This document shows, piece after piece, positions 60,016 through 64,000 of a DNA stretch of 64,000 bases (its first letter is position 1; every line of letters begins with the position of its first letter). The position numbers and the translations under genes were made by a program. The notes below the pieces were generated by a model. It worked only from the letters and a program-made list of their open reading frames with translations, made no database searches and was not told the origin of the DNA. Location: NCBI GenBank assembly GCA_951813565.1, contig OX638351.1, forward strand, positions 160,001 through 224,000, read 5' to 3'. This DNA is from an uncultured Poribacteria bacterium (lineage in GTDB: Bacteria > Poribacteria > WGA-4E > WGA-3G).

Positions 60016-61893
60016 CTACTCCCAGAGCAGCACCGTTCCGTCATCACCCCCCGATGCGATGGTGTTGCCATCCGGACTGAACGATACGCTCCTGACCGAA
60101 CTCGTATGTCCTGTTAGCGTTCGGAGGTGGTTTCCAGTGTGTGTGTCCCACAAACGGATGGTGTCGTCCGAACTCCCTGATGCGATAGCGTTGCCATCCG
60201 GACTGAACGATATGCTACTGACCGAACTCGTATGCCCTGTTAGCGTTCGGAGGTGGTTTCCAGTTTGTGCGTCCCACAAACGGATGGTTTTGTCTTCGCT
60301 CCCTGATGCGATGGTGTTGCCATCCGGACTGAACGATACGGAAGTGACCGAACTCGTATGTCCTGTTAGGGTTCGGAGGTGGTTTCCAGTGTGTGTGTCC
60401 CACAAACGGATGGTGCCGTCCGAACTCCCTGATGCGATGGTGTTGCCATCCGGACCGAACGATACGCTATTGACCTGCCTCGTATGTCCTGTTAGGGTTC
60501 GGAGGTAGTTTCCAGTTTGTGCGTCCCACAAACGGATGGTTTTCTCCAGACTCCCCGATGCGATGGTGTTGCCATCCGGACTGAACGATACGCTATTGAC
60601 CCGACTCGTATGTCTTGTTAGGATTCGCCTGACCGAACTCGTATGTCTTGTTAGGGTTCGGATATTGTTTCCAGTGTGTGTGTCCCACAAACGGATGGTT
60701 TTGTCCCAACTCCCCGATGCGATGGTGTTGCTATCCGGACTGAACGATATGCTATTGACCGGACTCGTATGTCCTGTTAGGGTTCGGATATTGTTTCCAG
60801 TTTGTGCGTCCCACAAACGGATGGTTTTGTCTTCGCTCCCTGATGCGATGGTGTTGCCATCCGGACTGAACGATACGCTACGGACCCAACTCATATGTCC
60901 TGTTAGGGTTCGGATATTGTTTCCAGTTTGTGCGTCCCACAAACGGATGGTGTCGTCCGAACTCCCTGATGCGATGGTGTTGCCATCCGGACTGAACGGT
61001 ATGCTATAGACCCGACTCGTATGTCCTGTTAGGGTTCGGAGGTGGTTTCCAGTGTGTGCGTCCCACAAACGGATGGTTTTGTCATCGCTCCCTGATGCGA
61101 TGGTGTTGCCATCCGGACTGAACGATACCCTACGGACCCAACTCGTATGTCCTGTTAGCGTTCGGAGGTGGTTTCCAGTTTGTGCGTCCCACAAACGGAT
61201 GGTTTCGTCCCGACTCCCCGATGCGATGGTGTTGCCATCCGGACTGAACAATACGGAAAAGACCGAACTCGTATGTCCTATTAGGGTTCGGAGGTGGTTT
61301 CCAGTTTGTGCGTCCCACAAACGGATGGTTTCGTCCCGACTCCCCGATGCGATGGTGTTGCCATCCGGACTGAACAATACGCTATAGACCGATCTCGTAT
61401 GTCCTATTAGGGTTCGGAGGTGGTTTCCAGTGTGTGCGTCCCACAAACGGATGGTTTCGTCCCAACTCCCTGATGCGATGGTGTTGCCATCCGGACTGAA
61501 CGATACGCTATTGACCGGACTCGTATGTCCTATGAGTGTCTGTATTTGTATTCCCGTTCTGGTATTCCACAGCCGAATGGTTTTGTCCAAACTCCCCGAT
61601 GCGATGGTGTTGCCATCCGGACTGAACGATACGCTACTGACCGAATTCGTATGTCCTGTTAGCAGGTCGAGTGTTTCACCTGTGTGTGCGTCATAAAGCC
61701 ATATACCGATACTACTCGCAACCGCAAGACGAGCACCATCCGGTGAATACGCGATTGCATGTATCGTTCCTTTGCCGAGGCGCATTTTGGCACCTTCAGG
61801 CAGATTTTGTTGTGAAAAATCTTGGGCAGATGTATTTAGTGCGCAAATTAATGTCACAAACCCAATCAGAATCGAAAAACATTTGTTTTTCAT
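60016..61893 (-). CDS. Secreted WD40-repeat protein with about 14 repeats (13 near-identical, 126 bp each)
   Basis: Signal peptide, LPEGAKMRLGKG leader, repeat GHTxxVxSVSFSPDGNTIASGSxDxTIRLWD. Confidence 0.95.
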   Translation of the reverse strand: MKNKCFSILIGFVTLICALNTSAQDFSQQNLPEGAKMRLGKGTIHAIAYSPDGARLAVASSIGIWLYDAHTGETLDLLTGHTNSVSSVSFSPDGNTIASGSLDKTIRLWNTRTGIQIQTLIGHTSPVNSVSFSPDGNTIASGSWDETIRLWDAHTGNHLRTLIGHTRSVYSVLFSPDGNTIASGSRDETIRLWDAQTGNHLRTLIGHTSSVFSVLFSPDGNTIASGSRDETIRLWDAQTGNHLRTLTGHTSWVRRVSFSPDGNTIASGSDDKTIRLWDAHTGNHLRTLTGHTSRVYSIPFSPDGNTIASGSSDDTIRLWDAQTGNNIRTLTGHMSWVRSVSFSPDGNTIASGSEDKTIRLWDAQTGNNIRTLTGHTSPVNSISFSPDSNTIASGSWDKTIRLWDTHTGNNIRTLTRHTSSVRRILTRHTSRVNSVSFSPDGNTIASGSLEKTIRLWDAQTGNYLRTLTGHTRQVNSVSFGPDGNTIASGSSDGTIRLWDTHTGNHLRTLTGHTSSVTSVSFSPDGNTIASGSEDKTIRLWDAQTGNHLRTLTGHTSSVSSISFSPDGNAIASGSSDDTIRLWDTHTGNHLRTLTGHTSSVRSVSFSPDGNTIASGGDDGTVLLWE

Positions 61894-62284
61894 AGTAAAA
61901 TCTTCCTTTTATTTGAAGGGTTACCTAAATAACGGTTTTTGCAAAGTGTGTGCTACCCTTCTAATTCACACAACTGGCTTCTCATTTTAGAATATGATAA
62001 CATTTTTTCCAAAAAAATCAAGATATATTTATCCTTCTGTTTTATGGTATACTCGACATATAATGACCTAAGTTGCTACCTACAAGATTTTAGACCTGCA
62101 GATACCGTATTATTCAAATATCGGGAAAGGTTTTGATTCTCTCTTAATCAATAGTATAAATCTGTGATGTTATATCATCATTGTCCAAAGAAAGCAATAC
62201 CAACAATTTTTCTTGCAAACAAAACCTAAATTGCGTATACTTTTATACATTACGACTACAAACCCACTTCAGCGGAGATATTCC

Positions 62285-64000
62285 TTGTCCGACAATCTAT
62301 TAAGCAACTTAAACAGTGTTCAACGAGAGGCTGTCCAACACACTGAAGGACCACTCCTCATCTTATCCGGTGCGGGTAGCGGCAAAACGCGCGTGATTAC
62401 GCATCGCGTCGCATATCTCATGAAACACCACCGTGTCTCTCCGTTCCGTATCCTTGCCGTGACGTTTACCAATAAAGCAGCGAACGAAATGAAGGAACGA
62501 CTTGATACTTTGGTAGGTGAGGGCATGAGCAAAAACCTGTGGGTTGCAACCTTCCACGCGACTTGTGCGCGTATCCTACGTCGAGACATTGAGCAATTAG
62601 ATGGGTTTACCAAAAACTTTACGATATACGATAAGGGTGAGCAAGTAACGGTTGTGAAAGATATTCTCAGACAGCACGGGTTGGACGACAAGATGTATAA
62701 TCCACGCACCATTCACGATCTGGTCTGTAAAGCAAAAAACAACTCCATAAAACCGGATACTTACGCAAACACAGCTGACGGTTATTATGAAAAGATTGTG
62801 GCGCAAGTATACCCCATGTATCAGGACACGCTTCGCAAAAACAATGCATTAGATTTTGATGATCTGCTCAACTTTACAGTAGAACTTTTTAAAAAATACC
62901 CAGATGTACTTGAATTCTATCAAGAGAAATTTGAACATGTGCTTGTAGATGAGTATCAGGATACAAACCGCTGTCAATACGAATTGGTGCGTTATTTGGC
63001 TGGGGAAAAAAAGAATGTGTGTGTCGTTGGAGATGATGACCAATCAATCTACGGTTTTCGTGGCGCTGACATTCATAATATACTCGATTTTGAAAAGAAT
63101 TATCCCAATACCCAAGTCCTCCGGTTAGAGCAGAATTACCGTTCAACGCAAAATATCTTGGATGCAGCGTGGAGTGTTGTTCAAAACAATAAGAAACGTA
63201 AAGAGAAAAAACTCTGGACAAAAAATGAGAAAGGCGAACTTGTCACCTGCTATGAAGCGATGGATGAACGTGATGAAGCAGGTTTCGTTGGGACAAAGAT
63301 AGAGGATTGGAATGCAGAAGGAGTCGATTATAAGGATTTTGCGATCTTTTATCGGACGAATGCGCAATCCCGTATTTTTGAAGAGGCGCTCCGTTCTGCG
63401 AATATCCCGTATCAGATTGTCGGTGGGTTGGGCTTTTATGACCGTATGGAAATTAAGGATCTGATTGCTTACCTCCGCGTCATGTGCAATCCGTTTGATT
63501 CAATAAGTCTCAGACGTATCATCAACGTGCCAACTCGCGGTATTGGTGCGACATCACTTGAGCGACTCATGAATTTTGCGGAGGGTGAAGAAATTCCACT
63601 GATTGAGGCAATTGACCGCGTTGACGAAATACCAAAGATTAACGCTGGTATCAAAGGAAAAGTCCGCCGTTTCGCTAAAATCCTTGACGAGTTTGACGGA
63701 GATGACCTGCCATCTGACGCTCTTGAACATGTTTTTGACACGACAGGTTATCTTGAAAACTTTAAAGGACAACGGACAATAGAGGCACAGAATCGGGTTG
63801 AAAATATTGAGGAACTAAGGAATGCTGTTTACGAATATGAGATGATCGCTGAGGAGCCAACCCTTTCGGACTATTTGGAAAATGTTGCGCTCATAGCGGA
63901 TATTGACACGATGCAAACAGATGATAGGACAGATGAAACAAATATCGTGACACTGATGACTTTGCACAGCGCAAAAGGGTTAGAATTTCCTTTCGTTTTT
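62285..64000 (+). CDS. pcrA: UvrD/PcrA DNA helicase, runs off the window
   Basis: Manual translation from TTG 62285: LNSVQREAV..TEGPLLILSGAGSGKTRVIT, VTFTNKAA, VDEYQDTN, VGDDDQSIYGFRGA, LEQNYRST, LMTLHSAKGLEF. Confidence 0.95.
   Translation, partial: MSDNLLSNLNSVQREAVQHTEGPLLILSGAGSGKTRVITHRVAYLMKHHRVSPFRILAVTFTNKAANEMKERLDTLVGEGMSKNLWVATFHATCARILRRDIEQLDGFTKNFTIYDKGEQVTVVKDILRQHGLDDKMYNPRTIHDLVCKAKNNSIKPDTYANTADGYYEKIVAQVYPMYQDTLRKNNALDFDDLLNFTVELFKKYPDVLEFYQEKFEHVLVDEYQDTNRCQYELVRYLAGEKKNVCVVGDDDQSIYGFRGADIHNILDFEKNYPNTQVLRLEQNYRSTQNILDAAWSVVQNNKKRKEKKLWTKNEKGELVTCYEAMDERDEAGFVGTKIEDWNAEGVDYKDFAIFYRTNAQSRIFEEALRSANIPYQIVGGLGFYDRMEIKDLIAYLRVMCNPFDSISLRRIINVPTRGIGATSLERLMNFAEGEEIPLIEAIDRVDEIPKINAGIKGKVRRFAKILDEFDGDDLPSDALEHVFDTTGYLENFKGQRTIEAQNRVENIEELRNAVYEYEMIAEEPTLSDYLENVALIADIDTMQTDDRTDETNIVTLMTLHSAKGLEFPFVF

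Noticed and set aside
60059..61696. Repetitive plus-strand ORFs (MVLPSGLNDT...)
   Set aside because: Antisense frames of the WD40 repeats
62320..63772. Minus-strand short ORFs
   Set aside because: Antisense to pcrA, which the track omitted because its stop lies outside the window

Overview
Bacterial chromosomal window, about 42% GC by eye. A LamG-like protein ending in 'VEARGKLATTWGSIK', a secreted near-identical WD40 protein, a trypsin-TPR protein and dense small repeats suggest a Candidatus Poribacteria-like sponge symbiont (inference only). Housekeeping genes: secD, secF, tRNA-Arg(CCT), apt, rpe, ychF, tyrA-cmk-plsC, fpr, gap-tpiA, secG, uxaC and a partial pcrA/uvrD. Mobile DNA: two IS200/IS605 tnpB-only elements, a frameshifted ISKra4-type element, an IS1634 element, and several nested MITE/REP families with visible target-site duplications. 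Features missed or misread by the ORF track include a SelW/Rdx-type selenoprotein (CxxU, 30840-31070), the minus-strand tnpB at 1-1102 and pcrA. A DddK/DddW-like cupin and a decayed BrnT/antitoxin::TIR locus are also present. The most striking feature is a ~12.8 kb minus-strand tandem array (about 45.0-57.9 kb) of seven two-gene cassettes. Each cassette has a near-identical promoter, structured 5' leader and first ~50 codons (membrane anchor), joined to a variable C-terminal domain from three unrelated families. Each is followed by its own divergent small secreted partner gene. The shared parts are mosaics of one another, which points to a recombination-diversified, polymorphic cognate-pair surface system of unknown function.
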